Below the pieces are notes generated by a model. That model was not told where the DNA came from, made no database searches, and was given only the letters and a program-made list of their open reading frames with translations. A stretch of DNA of 63,881 nucleotides, filler included, from Octopus bimaculoides (taxonomy: Eukaryota): NCBI RefSeq assembly GCF_001194135.2. It is 8 parts of 8 records of this genome, joined end to end, with 100 filler letters (N's around TTAATTAATTAA, not from the genome) between each part and the next. Parts side by side here need not be neighbours in the genome. Positions count along the whole stretch, not along the records: positions 6,462 to 35,484 come from NC_068987.1; 7 more parts are not named here. The stretch is one strand, 5' to 3'. The translations under genes were made by a program, and so were the position numbers. Shown piece by piece: positions 12,515-26,600 of the stretch (positions are counted from its first letter, which is position 1; every line of letters begins with the position of its first letter).

Positions 12515-15500
12515 TAGAACTACGAAAGGAATTAGTTCTACAGCATTCAATTTCGCATTGCTTATAAACTCAAGGCTACTTCCTTGTCACTCACATATCG
12601 CCATTTAGAAGTTTCATACTAAACAAAATTGAGTAAAATATAATATCCGGATAGATATCTGTCGAAAATATTACAATGACTTTTTCGAAATTAGTATTTT
12701 AACAAGATGGAAATCAGTTGCTAGTTAAATACTCAACAACTAAACCTGATAATAAATAAACAAATACTAAAACTTGAGTTAAAATTAATCACTTAAGAAT
12801 GATGAAATATACGCATTAAAAGTAAATTCGACGAAAGTTATAATTCCTTTTTATTTGCAAACAACTTTTAGAAAAATTTTATATTCACCAAAGTTACATA
12901 TAAATGAAATTAGATATGTTTTGATTTTAATATGTTCATATTGCCGTTGTTGTTATCTTTAGTTTTACTACCTTTATACCAAGTTGATTCATTTTGGACT
13001 GAAGCATTATATTCAAAGAATGACAAGACCATCTGTTCTACCTTTCAACTAATGGACTTTTGGAGGAGTAAAAATTATTTTTATTGTTTCAAATAAACTT
13101 AGAACAACTAATACACTAATGCATTTTGAGTTACCTTCTTTGCTAAACCAAAAACAAAAATATTTAGTCTTTAAATGTGAAAAATTGCGACTAAGGATAA
13201 GGCGAAGTATTCCGTTTTATTTGAAGGTATTCGCCACCCGTATTACATACGATACTAAGAGTCATCTAACTAGTACTGCTTCGATCTTTCTCCAAGTTAG
13301 ACACCGGATGCAATGCCATAAAATCTAATATGTTAATGCATCTAGATGAAAGATCTAACACACCAGGTTTATAGTTTGTCTATAATCTACTAGATCGAAA
13401 AATCTACGGCAAATGATATTATCGATTCATCCTAAAGAAATCCTATTACTGAGACCTGAACCAATGCTTTTAAATACTGTGAAGCCAATTATATTGGTCT
13501 TTCATTAGATTTTATCACTGACCGAAAACAGATCCTGTATTATGAATTGTGAAATATCATCCAAACTTTAGTTCGTGGATTCTTTGATTTGCTGTTCAAT
13601 TAATAGAAATTCGTGACTTGGTATATCAATCCAGCTCCAAATGTTAGTCTGAATGGGTAGCAACACACAAGCAATACCTATTCTTCGCTTTCACTTAGAT
13701 TAGTTTTATGCATATAAACATTTATATGTGATTTTATGCCAATACATATTATATGCATGTGTGGTTATATACATTTATATACGTACGTATACACACACGC
13801 ACGCACTGGTATTTTTCTGTTTATGCGGCGGTGTTTCTATGCGCGTTTGTATGTGCATATGTGTGCCTATGTTTATATAAGTGCTTACGTGTAACTATAT
13901 GTTTCGATGCATATATATATACATACGTGTGCATATATTTGAGTGAATATTAATATATATGTATATGTGTGTGTGTGGGTATGGCTCTGTGTGCGTGTAA
14001 CCTTAGTACATACAAAGTTATGTGTAGCTACTATTGTAAGTTTATATTCTTAGAAATGCATTTTATTAACGTTATTCTCTAACCATTATATGTGTTGCCT
14101 TCACCTTTTCTCAATCTTTTTGATAACCCTTTGAAAATTATTTCACCTACGCAGCAGGAATCTGATTTGTAAGAATTTATCCACGGTAGGGAAATTTTCT
14201 TAAGTATCTTATCTTTATATATCTTGAGTTAATCTCGAAGGTTGTCGAGATTAACTCAAACTTAGGCTTAAAAATGCAGAAGGAGAACAGAATGAAGAGA
14301 AAGATAGAAAAAACGATGAAATGACGACAATGATGTATACACAGTGACGTAACTAATAGAGGAGCAAGGGTAACGACCACCCTCTTCTCACCCCGGGCAC
14401 ATTTTTCAAATCTGACGCCTCTTCAACAAGTTTTTTTACCTCATTAGTTACCTACATCAGTAGTCTGAAGTTTCATACATAATGACATTGTAACCGAAAC
14501 ATGAGATCAATGAATATAGTATACAGTTACATTTATTATAACTAATGAAATATTTCACGTAATATACGAGAAATGCGTTTAAAATTGTTTAGTATATATC
14601 ATGGCGACTCTTCTTTTAATACTCGTTCCCCATAACTTTAGAACCTGCTTAGCATCTGTGTATAAAATGTAAATAAGCAGCGAAGAAAAGAACTAAAGCA
14701 AGCTAACGATGACCAATTCTTGACCAATGTTATGAGGCCAAAGCTAATCTACATGAATGCAACAAACTCGCATGTCTACCAGTTAAAAAAAGGTGGGGGG
14801 GGGGGCTATGAAGAAACTTCCAAACCGTTACGGTAGAACCGCGACAGTGATGCGGTTGCCGTTTTGGGACGAAAATTTTGCATTTCGTTTTGGATGAATT
14901 CGAGTAAATTTATTAGTTTTTTAGTGTTGTTGAATAGACCAAATGGCTCTAATACGATTTAAATTAACGTCCCTCCTCTTCATACTATTGCAGTAACAGC
15001 ATCTGTCATAATCCAAAGGATCTTCGAAGTTATTAGGTTAGTATTTAATGGCAAAATGGAAACCGTCCCGTACATAGTATCAGAAAAGACTACAGAGTTG
15101 CATTATGTTTATATTCTCAAAATCAAATTAACGTAAACCAAATAAAATTTCCTTAACACAAATATCTTTCTATTACACACTTCAAATTCTTTATAATTCG
15201 GTGTAAAATATTAATTAAATATATTTCCGCTTCGGTGGAAAATAAATAGATATACATCCATACACAGACACGCACAAACAAACAAGCACATGCACATATA
15301 TAGTTATATGCACAAAATATGCATATGTATATATGAATATATATATATATGTATGTATGTAGCTATATATATGTATATATTGAAATATATATATACATAT
15401 ATATATGAATAGATAGATATATATATATGCATATATATATATATATGTATATATAGCTATATATATACTTATATATGTATATATATCTATGTGTCTTTGT

Positions 15501-15557
15501 GTATATATATCTATCTATATATATACATATATATATATATATCTATATATCTATATA

Positions 15558-15604
<47 letters not shown>

Positions 15605-16134
15605 GGGGCGCGTGTATGTATCTGTGTGTGTATGTCGTTGGGGATATAACGTGTAGTTTTGCTTTTGCTCAGTGCCCAGATATAATTAAAAAGTTTATTG
15701 CAAATCTTCATTCATTATTTCATAGAAGACTTAAATACTCATACGACCAGCTTCTGATGTGACTTACAAAAACATCGATTAAACGCATAGTAATCAACGA
15801 GAAACACATCAACAAATAAGTCTTGAGAATTCTCCATTCCAAGTAACGGCTTGAAAATTAAATTTAGTCTACACCACTTTAATCACTTTGTAAAAATTCT
15901 TTTATACGGAAGCAATAACAATCTTCCAATACAAATACTACTGAATCTTTGATTACCATTCATAAGAGGGTTATACAACATCAAATATTTATCTTAATAC
16001 GAATCGATAAATTTACTTCTTGGATTTGCATCCGTTTATTTACGCAGTCTGAAAACTTGTTTTACGCTAAGCATGTATGTACGTTTATATGTGTATACTA
16101 TGTCTGTATATATTGTTTATATAAACATACATAT

Positions 16135-16169
<35 letters not shown>

Positions 16170-16950
16170 AACATATATATATGCACATATGTGTGCGTGT
16201 GTGTATTCATACATACAAATATTATCGTGTATGTGTGTTTTTTTTTTGTTTTGCCTCTGAGTATAGAAAAAGATATCTGAATAAATAAGATAGATGCATG
16301 CGTATATATGATTGTTTCAGAGGATGTTTGTGTATGTGTGTACGTCTATATATACGTGCGTACCTATGTATGTATAAGCACATTCGTACATGCATCACAC
16401 ATGCGCACACATATACATACACGCTCACACACATACCCACACCTATATCATATAAATATATGCGTGTGTATATATATATATATATATAATTTTAAGAACT
16501 TATCTACGTTTGAACGAAGAATATATGCTTCAATTTTTAAATTATTCATAGATTGCAACTTATACATTGACAGCTACTCAATATAATTTTAATAATATTG
16601 TTTCTTAGGGCAAAGCCTTTGGCCTTATCGATATCATCTCGACAATAGAATGGAAACTGCTGCTCCACCAGCCATACTAGGACGTTATTCGCCGCAAGTC
16701 ACTATCGCTTATCACAGATGAATAACTAGAAAAATGTCCCACAATTTAACATATCTCGGATATATGATAAACAACAAAGATTTATTCGATAGAGTATTAT
16801 TGATCATGTAGCTAAATAAAGTTTGTTTTACTGATTCTTTTATCGTTTCTGACACAACTTCGCCATGACGCTATTGACCAAGCCGGTTGGTTATCGGTAA
16901 GTTCATTGTGTTTCCAATAATTCTACTGACATTGTATGTCTATTTCTACA

Positions 16951-17820
16951 GCGATTCTACATGCAACGTGATTGTTCTTCTAATGCGATTCTAAATCCAG
17001 TGCGATCCTACATTATCTTCAATTCCACTCCATACTTTCAATGATTTTCTGCTACAAATATGAGTCTAATCACATTATTATTATGCTTGCACTGTATTTC
17101 AACTATTTTGTAACCGTCAATCCAAATTTCATTCGAGTATCATTGCACTTCTAATTCGATTCCACTTGCGCAGTAATTCCCCTACCAGTATGATACTATA
17201 TCTAATATGGTTTTAAATCAACCGAGAATCAAATTCTATGATCCTCCTGCCAATATGATGCCACTTTTAATATATTTATACTTCTAATATAATTCTGTAT
17301 CCACTTCCAATATGATTGCATTGTGTTTGTGTTTCCACATCGAAAGATATATTACTTTGAATACAAATTCTATTTCTGATATAATCCTGATGAAGTCGCC
17401 CGTCGCATATGACTGATGGTTTGTCTACCGTGATCAAACGCTTGTGCTGTACATTAACTCACTCCATCCATCCAATCGACATTGCCTGTACAGGAGCACA
17501 GTGTGCCACACGTCAGGTGACCAAGCGATCGTAGTGCAACATGAAATGAAGTGTTTGTTCTCAAGAACACAACACACCAAAATCAGACCACGATCTTGCG
17601 ATCGTGTGTGCATCACCCTAACTACAAGGTCACGCGATTTCATACAATCTGATTCTAATTCTAGTATAATTGTCCTTCCCCTGTGATTCTCCTTCCAGTA
17701 TGATCCAATTTCCTCTGCGAAATACACAAGGATTGTATTTTTAAGATCATTTTGTGGCCGATTGTAGTTACTTTCGGCGCGATTCTACAATCACCAGGAT
17801 GCAGTTTCAAATATTCTGCT
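16951..17820. repeat. Highly degenerate 17-bp minisatellite (consensus ~gcgattctacttccaat), interrupted by a SINE
   Basis: Consecutive 17-mers gcgattctacatgcaac / gtgattgttcttctaat / gcgattctaaatccagt; the units resume after 17645 (ctgattctaattctagt, gtgattctccttccagt). Confidence 0.6.
17385..17645 (-). mobile_element. tRNA-derived SINE inserted in the 17-bp array
   Basis: Same head and body as the 9540-9820 copy. Confidence 0.7.
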
Positions 17821-17974
17821 GCTGTTCGAGGTAACGTTGAAACTAGAATGGCTATAAATGAGGGAAATAAGATTCCTGCATAATGTTCAGATGTAGAACA
17901 ATTTTGTCAACAGTGGTACATAACAACAAAAATACGTTTAGGTAGAAGACCATTCTCGCAAGCTGCAAGCTGTA

Positions 17975-18011
<37 letters not shown>

Positions 18012-18884
18012 NNNNNNNNNNNNNNNNNNNNNNNNNNNNNNNNNNNNNNNNNNNNNNNNNNNNNNNNNNNNNNNNNNNNNNNNNNNNNNNNNNNNNNNNN
18101 NNNNNNNNNNNNNNNNNNNNNNNNNNNNNNNNNNNNNNNNNNNNNNNNNNNNNNNNNNNNNNNNNNNNNNNNNNNNNNNNNNNNNNNNNNNNNNNNNNNN
18201 NNNNNNNNNNNNNNNNNNNNNNNNNNNNNNNNNNNNNNNNNNNNNNNNNNNNNNNNNNNNNNNNNNNNNNNNNNNNNNNNNNNNNNNNNNNNNNNNNNNN
18301 NNNNNNNNNNNNNNNNNNNNNNNNNNNNNNNNNNNNNNNNNNNNNNNNNNNNNNNNNNNNNNNNNNNNNNNNNNNNNNNNNNNNNNNNNNNNNNNNNNNN
18401 NNNNNNNNNNNNNNNNNNNNNNNNNNNNNNNNNNNNNNNNNNNNNNNNNNNNNNNNNNNNNNNNNNNNNNNNNNNNNNNNNNNNNNNNNNNNNNNNNNNN
18501 NNNNNNNNNNNNNNNNNNNNNNNNNNNNNNNNNNNNNNNNNNNNNNNNNNNNNNNNNNNNNNNNNNNNNNNNNNNNNNNNNNNNNNNNNNNNNNNNNNNN
18601 NNNNNNNNNNNNNNNNNNNNNNNNNNNNNNNNNNNNNNNNNNNNNNNNNNNNNNNNNNNNNGTGTGTTCTGCACACATGGCAACAATGACTGAATGTCTT
18701 TTCATTTCTTGTGTTAGCATTTCATTTAGCAGAAGAAATCTCTGAGAAATAAAATCCTTTTAGTTGTTTTAGAGAATGTAATATACTGATAATTAAGAAT
18801 CCTCAAATGCCTCTCGCAGCACCCTGTGTATATATTTCAAAACCACAGCCAGTACATGAACACACGACAGATAAGTATCCAGTC

Positions 18885-19170
18885 AACTTTCAATTCTCGG
18901 CGACGCACTAGTGTCCTTGAGCAAGACATTTAATTTCACGTTGCCCCAGTTCATTCTGCTGGCAAAAAATGAGTAGTACCTGTATTTCGAGGAGTCTGCC
19001 TTGTCACACACTGTGTCACGACGCTGAATCTCAATGAGAATTACATTAAGGGTACAGGTGTCTGCGGAGTGCTCAGCCATTTGCACGTTAATTTCACGAA
19101 TAGGCTGTTCCGTCGATGGTTGATCGTATCAGCTGGGACCCTCGTGGTCGTAACCAACGGAGCGCTCCTT
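18885..19170 (+). mobile_element. SINE (body gtgtccttgagcaagacatttaatttcacgttgc) followed by (GATA)n
   Basis: Shares the conserved SINE central motif with the 9540 and 17385 copies; (GATA)n at 19171-19238. Confidence 0.6.
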
Positions 19171-19239
<69 letters not shown>

Positions 19240-19240
19240 A

Positions 19241-19473
19241 GGCGGCGAGCTGGCAGAAACGTTAGCACGCCGGGAGAAATGCTTAGGGGTATGTTGTCTG
19301 CCGTTACGTTCTGAGTTCAAATTCCACCGTGGTCGACTTTGCTTTTCATCCTTTCGGGGTTGATAAATTAAGTACCAGTTACGCACTAGGGTCGATGTAC
19401 TCGACTTAATCCCTTTATCTGTCCTTGTTTGTCCCTTCTATGTTTAGCCCCCTGTGAGCAATAAAGAAATAAG
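19241..19473 (+). mobile_element. Near full-length tRNA-derived SINE (abundant octopus-type family)
   Basis: ggcggcgagctggcagaaacgttagc..gttctgagttcaaattcc..tcatcctttcgggg..ataaattaagtaccagtt. Further copies at ~26330-26490, 39676-39790, 44140-44335, 49775-49990 and ~59960-60090 (minus). Confidence 0.85.
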
Positions 19474-19909
19474 ATAGATAGATAGATAGATAGATAGAGA
19501 TAGATAGAGATATATACGTGTGTGCGTGTGCGTGTGGCTGTGTGTGTTACCAAGACAGAGAGAGAGACACCAATGTATATATGAGGGTGTATGTTTAAAT
19601 TGATTTTCTAAGATGTTCGGCTGTATGTGTGGCATCACATATGTATCTGTACATTGTTGCATCATACATGGATATACAATGCTTTGGGGTGGAAAAACTA
19701 TATATTTAAGAAAGAGAAACTGTTTATTTATTCATTCTCTCAATAAAGATACTAAACAGCCAATGATTTAAACTGCGAGCCTCGAGTTCCAGACAACTCA
19801 AAATCCATATCGTAATTGATTAATTGCAATATATGTCTATAGTATTGCTGAAGGAATATACACGTTTCTATAGCAAAATGTGTGTGTGTATGCGTGGGTA
19901 CACGTCTAC

Positions 19910-19963
<54 letters not shown>

Positions 19964-20261
19964 GTATGTATGCATTATGTATATGTGTGTGTGTGTGTCT
20001 GTGTTGATATTAGAGGAAAAGAACAACAAAAGCAAGGCAGGACGAGTATCTCAAGTCATTTACAATATTTAATTAGTGTAAGGCAAATTCGAGACACTTA
20101 ACTAATTAATTAGTTAATTAATTAATCGTTAGATGTTTTACAGCTGTTTCTTAGATATGATAGGTTAGCATTTCTATACACTGGGTATACCGTCATCAGA
20201 GACAAAGTGAGTATGTAGGAAAGTTGTAGACAGGGAATTCACAGTTTATTAAGGAATAAAG

Positions 20262-20590
20262 TAGTAGATAGAAGAATAAAGATTAAAGCAATAGATAGAA
20301 GAATAAAGATTAAAGCAGTAGATAGAAGAATAAAGAGTAAAGCAGTAGATAGAAGAATAAAGATTAACGCAGTAGATAAAAGAATAAAGAGTAAAGCAGT
20401 AGATTGAAGAATAAAGATTAAAGCAGTAGATAAAAGAATAAAGAGTAAAGCAGTAGATTGAAGAATAAAGAGTAAAGCGGCAGATAGAAGAATAAAGGGT
20501 AAAGCAGGAGATAGAAGAATAAAGAGTAAAGCAGTAGATAGAAGAATAAAGAGTAAGGCAGTAGATAGGAGAATACAGACAGGAGAATAA
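20262..20590. repeat. 27-bp purine-rich minisatellite, about 12 copies
   Basis: Unit gtagatagaagaataaagagtaaagca. It produces the spurious (LLSTALLFI)n ORF on the minus strand. Confidence 0.9.
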
Positions 20591-20749
20591 AGCTCACAGC
20601 TCATCTTCTTCTAGAGGGTATGGAGGTTGGTCCGTACTTCCGTGAAGGTGTAGGTCCTTATGTATAATCCCAGGTAAATCCAGGCAGTATTTTGACAGTA
20701 TTTTGAATGTTGCGTTCATATTCAAGGAATAGATGAAGCGGTTAAGTGG

Positions 20750-21675
20750 TGTGAAAATGGTCCACGTGGGTATATTGAGTGAGAAAGACTGAGAGAAGAG
20801 AAAGGAATGGGAGAGAATGAATGAGTGCAGGAAAGAATGAATGAGTGCAGGAAAGAATGAATGAGTGCAGGAAAGAATGAATGAGTGCAGGAAGGAATGA
20901 ATGAGTGCAGGAAAGAATGAGTGAGTGCAGGAAAGAATGAATGAGTGCAGGAAGGAATGAATGAGTGCAGGAAAGAATGAATGAGTGCAGGAAAGAATGA
21001 ATGAGTGCAGGAAAGAATGAATGATTGCAGGAAGGAATGAGTGCAGGAAGGAATGAATCAGTGCAGGAAAGAATGAATGAGTGCAGGAAAGAATGAATGA
21101 GTGCAGGAAAGAATGAATGAGTGCAAAAGTAAAATCAAAATCAAAAATAAAGATAGATAAGATACTTATATTATTCTTCATTAGTGTCGTTTTGTGGGTG
21201 AGAGGTCAGGCGTTAGGATTTTGGGAAAGCGGAGGAGGGAGGCATTTCTGGCTGTTAATTAAATTGATGAATTCTAGGTTCGATGTGGTCAAAGAATATT
21301 TAGTTCAGTGATCAGTAATCCTATATATGCTCCCTTAATTTAGGCATCTATTTTTAACTATTTTTAGCTTCCTTTCTGACCACTGAACTAAATATTCTTT
21401 CTGACCACACCGAACCTAGAATTCATCTATTTAATTAATAGCCATAAATGCCTTCCTCCTCCAATTTACCAAAACCTTAACGCCTGACCTCTCACTCCGA
21501 AACGATCCTAGCGAAGACTAATACTGGCATCTTATCTTTATCTTTATTTTTTATTTTTGACCATTGATTTTTATTTTACTTTCACTTTCATTCATTCTTT
21601 CCCGCGCGTATCTCATTCCTTTCTTTTCTCTCTGTATTTCTCATTCTAAGTTCTCTCATGGGCCATTTTCGTGTC
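20750..21675. mobile_element. Large foldback element with long inverted arms centred near 21345
   Basis: 21190-21315 pairs with 21370-21500, 21108-21165 with 21527-21600, and 20750-20812 with 21605-21675. Confidence 0.75.
20815..21122. repeat. 20-bp minisatellite (gagtgcaggaaagaatgaat), about 15 copies
   Basis: Seen directly. It lies inside the left arm of the foldback. Confidence 0.95.
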
Positions 21676-23549
21676 CAAAGGGCAGCTGATTTCCACAAGA
21701 CAGTATCTGGCCGGTTGTGTTTTAATTTGGTAGATATTATAATTTTTAAGTTCTACCAATATTCTTTTGACCAATTGGTTTCGATGTAGTCACCTTCGTC
21801 TGCGGGGGTTCTCTTTTTTATGTTACCCTGTTCCCGTCTGTTCTGGCCACTGCATCACGCCTCTTGGGAAGATAATATCTGGAAGACATTCACTTGCAGT
21901 CGGCAATAATGCGCTTGATGTCTTCAGTCTTGATCTTACACAGCCTACATTTGTTGTCCGTCAAATGTATGTATGTATGTATCTACACGCGCGTTCGCAT
22001 AAAATATGGTGTGTCATTAGACATATTATTTCGCACCTCTTTCTATGACACTTAAATGCCATGGCCAAGTTGCTGTCTGTGGCTCATACACAAATGTAGG
22101 TATATGTAAGTCAGTAGAGAGTGATTTCAAGAAGTGGCTACTTTTTCTGGTTGTCAAGCTAGTACATAGATGATTTATTGCAGAGATCATTAAATAAATC
22201 AATATGAATATTGTTGAACATTGCTAATGAACAACATTCCACTTCTAACAATCGCGTTATCATGTATCTTCGTAAAAATAATAAGCGTAACCATTATTTA
22301 AGACAGCTTAATATTATTATTTTTGTTTTATCAGTTTTATTAGCACGACCAGGGGCCATGTTCTTTTCAAATCTCGTTTGAACGAATGTACCATGTTAAG
22401 CTTGAACGTTTTATATGTGTATGAAAGAATGAATGAATGAATGAATTTATGTATGTATGTGTTGTAATGTAGGTTCCTCCCACTGGTGTGATGTGTGACT
22501 GCCGTTGTACTGTAGTTGCTGTTTTACGATAGTATCCACAATTGTTACTAGTCATCGGATACTGTTGTATCTTTTGGTACAGGAATAGTAATACACTAAC
22601 TTCTTCTGTCTTACTTTCACTGATAGATCCACAACATACTGGCTAGAACTGTCGAATCTCAACTCTTCGACTTTCGACTCTCTCTTGACGACCGGCTAGG
22701 GTCTATTTGCGATGGCTGACCCCTACTGCTTTTTACCGGGAGAGATATACAGTTTCACTATACAACAGTATGTATGTATATCGGTATGTCTGTTTGTGTG
22801 TGTATATCTGATTATGTGTGCATGTGTTTATGAACGTGGTCATGCGTGTAATCAAACAAGACTCTACATATGTTTGTGTGCAAAAAGTAAAACTACTCTC
22901 TCGAGTTACCCGGTTTCCATGGCGTTCAACCGAACGAGCTAATAACACAACCCTTCAACGGGACGGCAGTCTATCGCACGGTTACTCCTTTACCTCTGAG
23001 AGAATTGGAGCAAAATGAAAGGAAGTGTTTTGTTCAAGAACACAACGCACTGGCTACTCCGCAAATCGAAATCAGATAGCAAGATCGTCAGTGTAACACC
23101 CTAACCACTGACTCATGTACCTTTACGTTTGTATATACGGGTATGTAATATGAAACTGAAAGAAAACATCATTCAGACTTCAAAGGTCATTGTAAAGCTG
23201 CAGAAATATTTATTGAAAGACGTGAAGTGGAAATTTATCAATAGAATTTGATGCTGGTAATACATTTCGGATACGATAATGAATAATTACTATCGGATGA
23301 AGTGAGAAATTATGTCACGAATATTGCAGGAATGAAGGAAAATTCTTAACTTTGGATATAATATTTCAAAATATATTCAAAACAGCTCATAATTCAAGAG
23401 GAAAAAAAACTCGGGTTCCTAACTGGACGGCAGGAAACTTGGAGCACAAAAATTATGAACACTTCAGATAAAATATATTAAAGAATAATCTAGATTTACG
23501 TACTGAGTTCTGTAATTAATCACTTCTCGGTCATTCAACAGATATTCAA

Positions 23550-23608
<59 letters not shown>

Positions 23609-26600
23609 TGTATTCGCCATGATAGATTGCTAGCCACTACACATATTCTTTTTCTCTCCTTGTTTCTTTATGTGTTCCTTTCTGTGGAAGAGCGTNNNNN
23701 NNNNNNNNNNNNNNNNNNNNNNNNNNNNNNNNNNNNNNNNNNNNNNNNNNNNNNNNNNNNNNNNNNNNNNNNNNNNNNNNNNNNNNNNNNNNNNNNNNNN
23801 NNNNNNNNNNNNNNNNNNNNNNNNNNNNNNNNNNNNNNNNNNNNNNNNNNNNNNNNNNNNNNNNNNNNNNNNNNNNNNNNNNNNNNNNNNNNNNNNNNNN
23901 NNNNNNNNNNNNNNNNNNNNNNNNNNNNNNNNNNNNNNNNNNNNNNNNNNNNNNNNNNNNNNNNNNNNNNNNNNNNNNNNNNNNNNNNNNNNNNNNNNNN
24001 NNNNNNNNNNNNNNNTATATATGTATATATATGTATAGATATATGCATGTATATACATGTGTGTTTGTGTGCTTAAGTATGTAAAAATATGGGGTGACAG
24101 AGATAAACATGGATGAGCACCAATATAAATATCATTTTAAATATGCTTAAGCCATGTTCGAACGCATAAGCACGTTATTCACCGTATTTTTCCTTTGGAG
24201 AAAATTTCTCGCTGTAGAGAAATAGGTATAAGCACACCGAGTCAGTTCACAGCGTTTCCTAACCAGACTGTGGGACGCATGCATTTCGGAGTGATTATCT
24301 CCTCCTCAGCAACAAAGACCGGGAACGGCAGACGCTGCGAACTGACACGAGAGACAAGTCCACTTTATGTTATTCCCGTCATCGTTCAATAACTGGTGGG
24401 GCTATACAGCAGCTCCCTTTAAATGAAATGTCGGATGACAGCGCTAACCAGTGATGTATATAGACACAAACCTGTTGCCAGTCTAAATATACTGGAGGTA
24501 TATTTGAAACTATTCGCTCTACTTGGTCACGAAGAGAATTTTTCACTATAGGCAAATAGGTGTAATTGGGACGGAACAGGCTGATTTAAAGGGGATTTAA
24601 CTGGTGTATTTAGCTTGTCGAGCGACTACATACTCGTTGCCTTTTGAACACAAGTTGCTTATCAACGGTTCTTTCATATTTCAATGTATATATAGATGTA
24701 AGTATGTATACACACACATTCATACACATACATACACACACATCCATACACATACATGCACACACATACATACCCAGACACAAATATATATGTATGTGTG
24801 TGTTGCAATGTGTATGTGTATAAATATATATAAGCATGTATATATGTACGCACGTATGTATGCACCGAAGTATGTAAGTGACTATGTATGTTTGTGTCTG
24901 AGTATTTAATGATGTTGGACGAAAACATTGTTGTTATTCAGAGTTCAAAGGACAAACTGAAGCAACATTTATGTATATTGAAAGGGAAGAAATGAGAATT
25001 TATCAATGGAATTTGAAGGCAATATATTTCAAATAAAGTGATGAATAATTATTATAAAGATAACAAAGATGTAGACAAGGTTACGAATATTACAGAACTA
25101 TTGCAGTATTCATTGCAAATTATGAACGAGAAATCATCGTTTACTTTTCAATACCGCAAATGTGTCGTTTCGGCAAAAATAAAGTAATTCATCTGGGAAA
25201 CGATCCGGTTTCTATCGAATGCTATAAAGTTTCCACCTGGTGTTGCTTCTGCGCATGCGATGTACATAGGATGTGAAGATGCTATATGTATTCCGTTAAT
25301 ATATGTAAGATTTAAGTATATTTGAGAGGGTTTATGTGTCTTTGTGTGCGTATTCTTGGGCTAATGTAAATAACGCTAATTCCATATAAAATTTTGGTCA
25401 GTATGGCCAGTATGTTACGCCACTTAGTTCTAAATACGTTGCTAGTAGTGCCATAATCGATTTATGGTTTTGACGAGACAGTTATGCTCAACTTCATTTG
25501 TCAACTCCTTTGTTCTTTAGATACCAAGTGTACCGTGACAAAGTAGTGCGGTTACCTGTGCGATTGTATCTGAAAGAATAAGTGCTTGTTGAATGAGTTA
25601 CTGGTAAGTCTAACATGCATTTTCCGTAACATTTATAGCACATCATCAACTTTATGCACCGCTTGATAGTGTAAAGACTCAGTATGCAGCTAATTATTGT
25701 ACACGAACAATTTGCTATCAGTAAAATTATATCTAATTACTCCTCTGACAACCAATGCTTATCAAACTACTTACTGTATAAAGCCGACATAGAAACTATA
25801 AAAAAACATTTATCAGTCACATCAAAAATTCACTCGATATACACATCAAGGCCATCTAGGGAAAAAATCTATTTCATGGTCAAAGTAAAATGGGTATATA
25901 AAATACAAAAGAATAATGAATAGAAAATCCTACTACCACCAAGTATATTGAAGCTGGAAAGATAAAACCCTTAAACAGTTACAGTAAAAGATAAAACCCT
26001 TAAACGGTTACCTTATACATATATCACATGATTGTGAAGTTCGCCTTGTCGACCAATATTTTGAATAAGAGTAAAGAAGTATTGCCTTCTTTGCACACAA
26101 GAAAACACACATATCAATCCTTTAAACATACACCCGTTGCAGTGAAACACTCGTATCGTACGGGTCTGTAACCAGATAACTTAAGTAGGCATATAAAGCT
26201 TTTTTTGTGAGACACGCACTTACGAAGACATTAGTTACATGCAGATGAGGGAAAAAATCATCGCCTCCAACCCAGGGTTTAGCAATATAAGCGCAAAAAT
26301 TAAGGTGATCAAAATACTTAGGGGTATTTCGTTCGTCTTTACGTTCTGAGTTCAAACATCGCCTAGGTTGACTTCGCCAGTCATCCTTTCGGGGTCGATA
26401 AAATAAGTACCAACTGAGGACAGAGATCGATGCAGCTGACTTACTCTTTCTTCCTAAGATGTTGGCCTTGTTCTAAAATTTGAAACCAATATGTCAAAGA
26501 TACTTGAAATCTAAATTTTATTGCAGAAGTCGAATAGTTCAGATTTAACTTAGATTCACATGTTGCCGAGTTAACTGCATAGATTGCACCCGTTATTGCA

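Noticed and set aside
20239-21181. Hydrophobic repeat ORFs (LLSTALLFI)n and (HSFLHSFILSCTHSFFPALI)n
   Set aside because: They are antisense readings of the 27-bp and 20-bp minisatellites.
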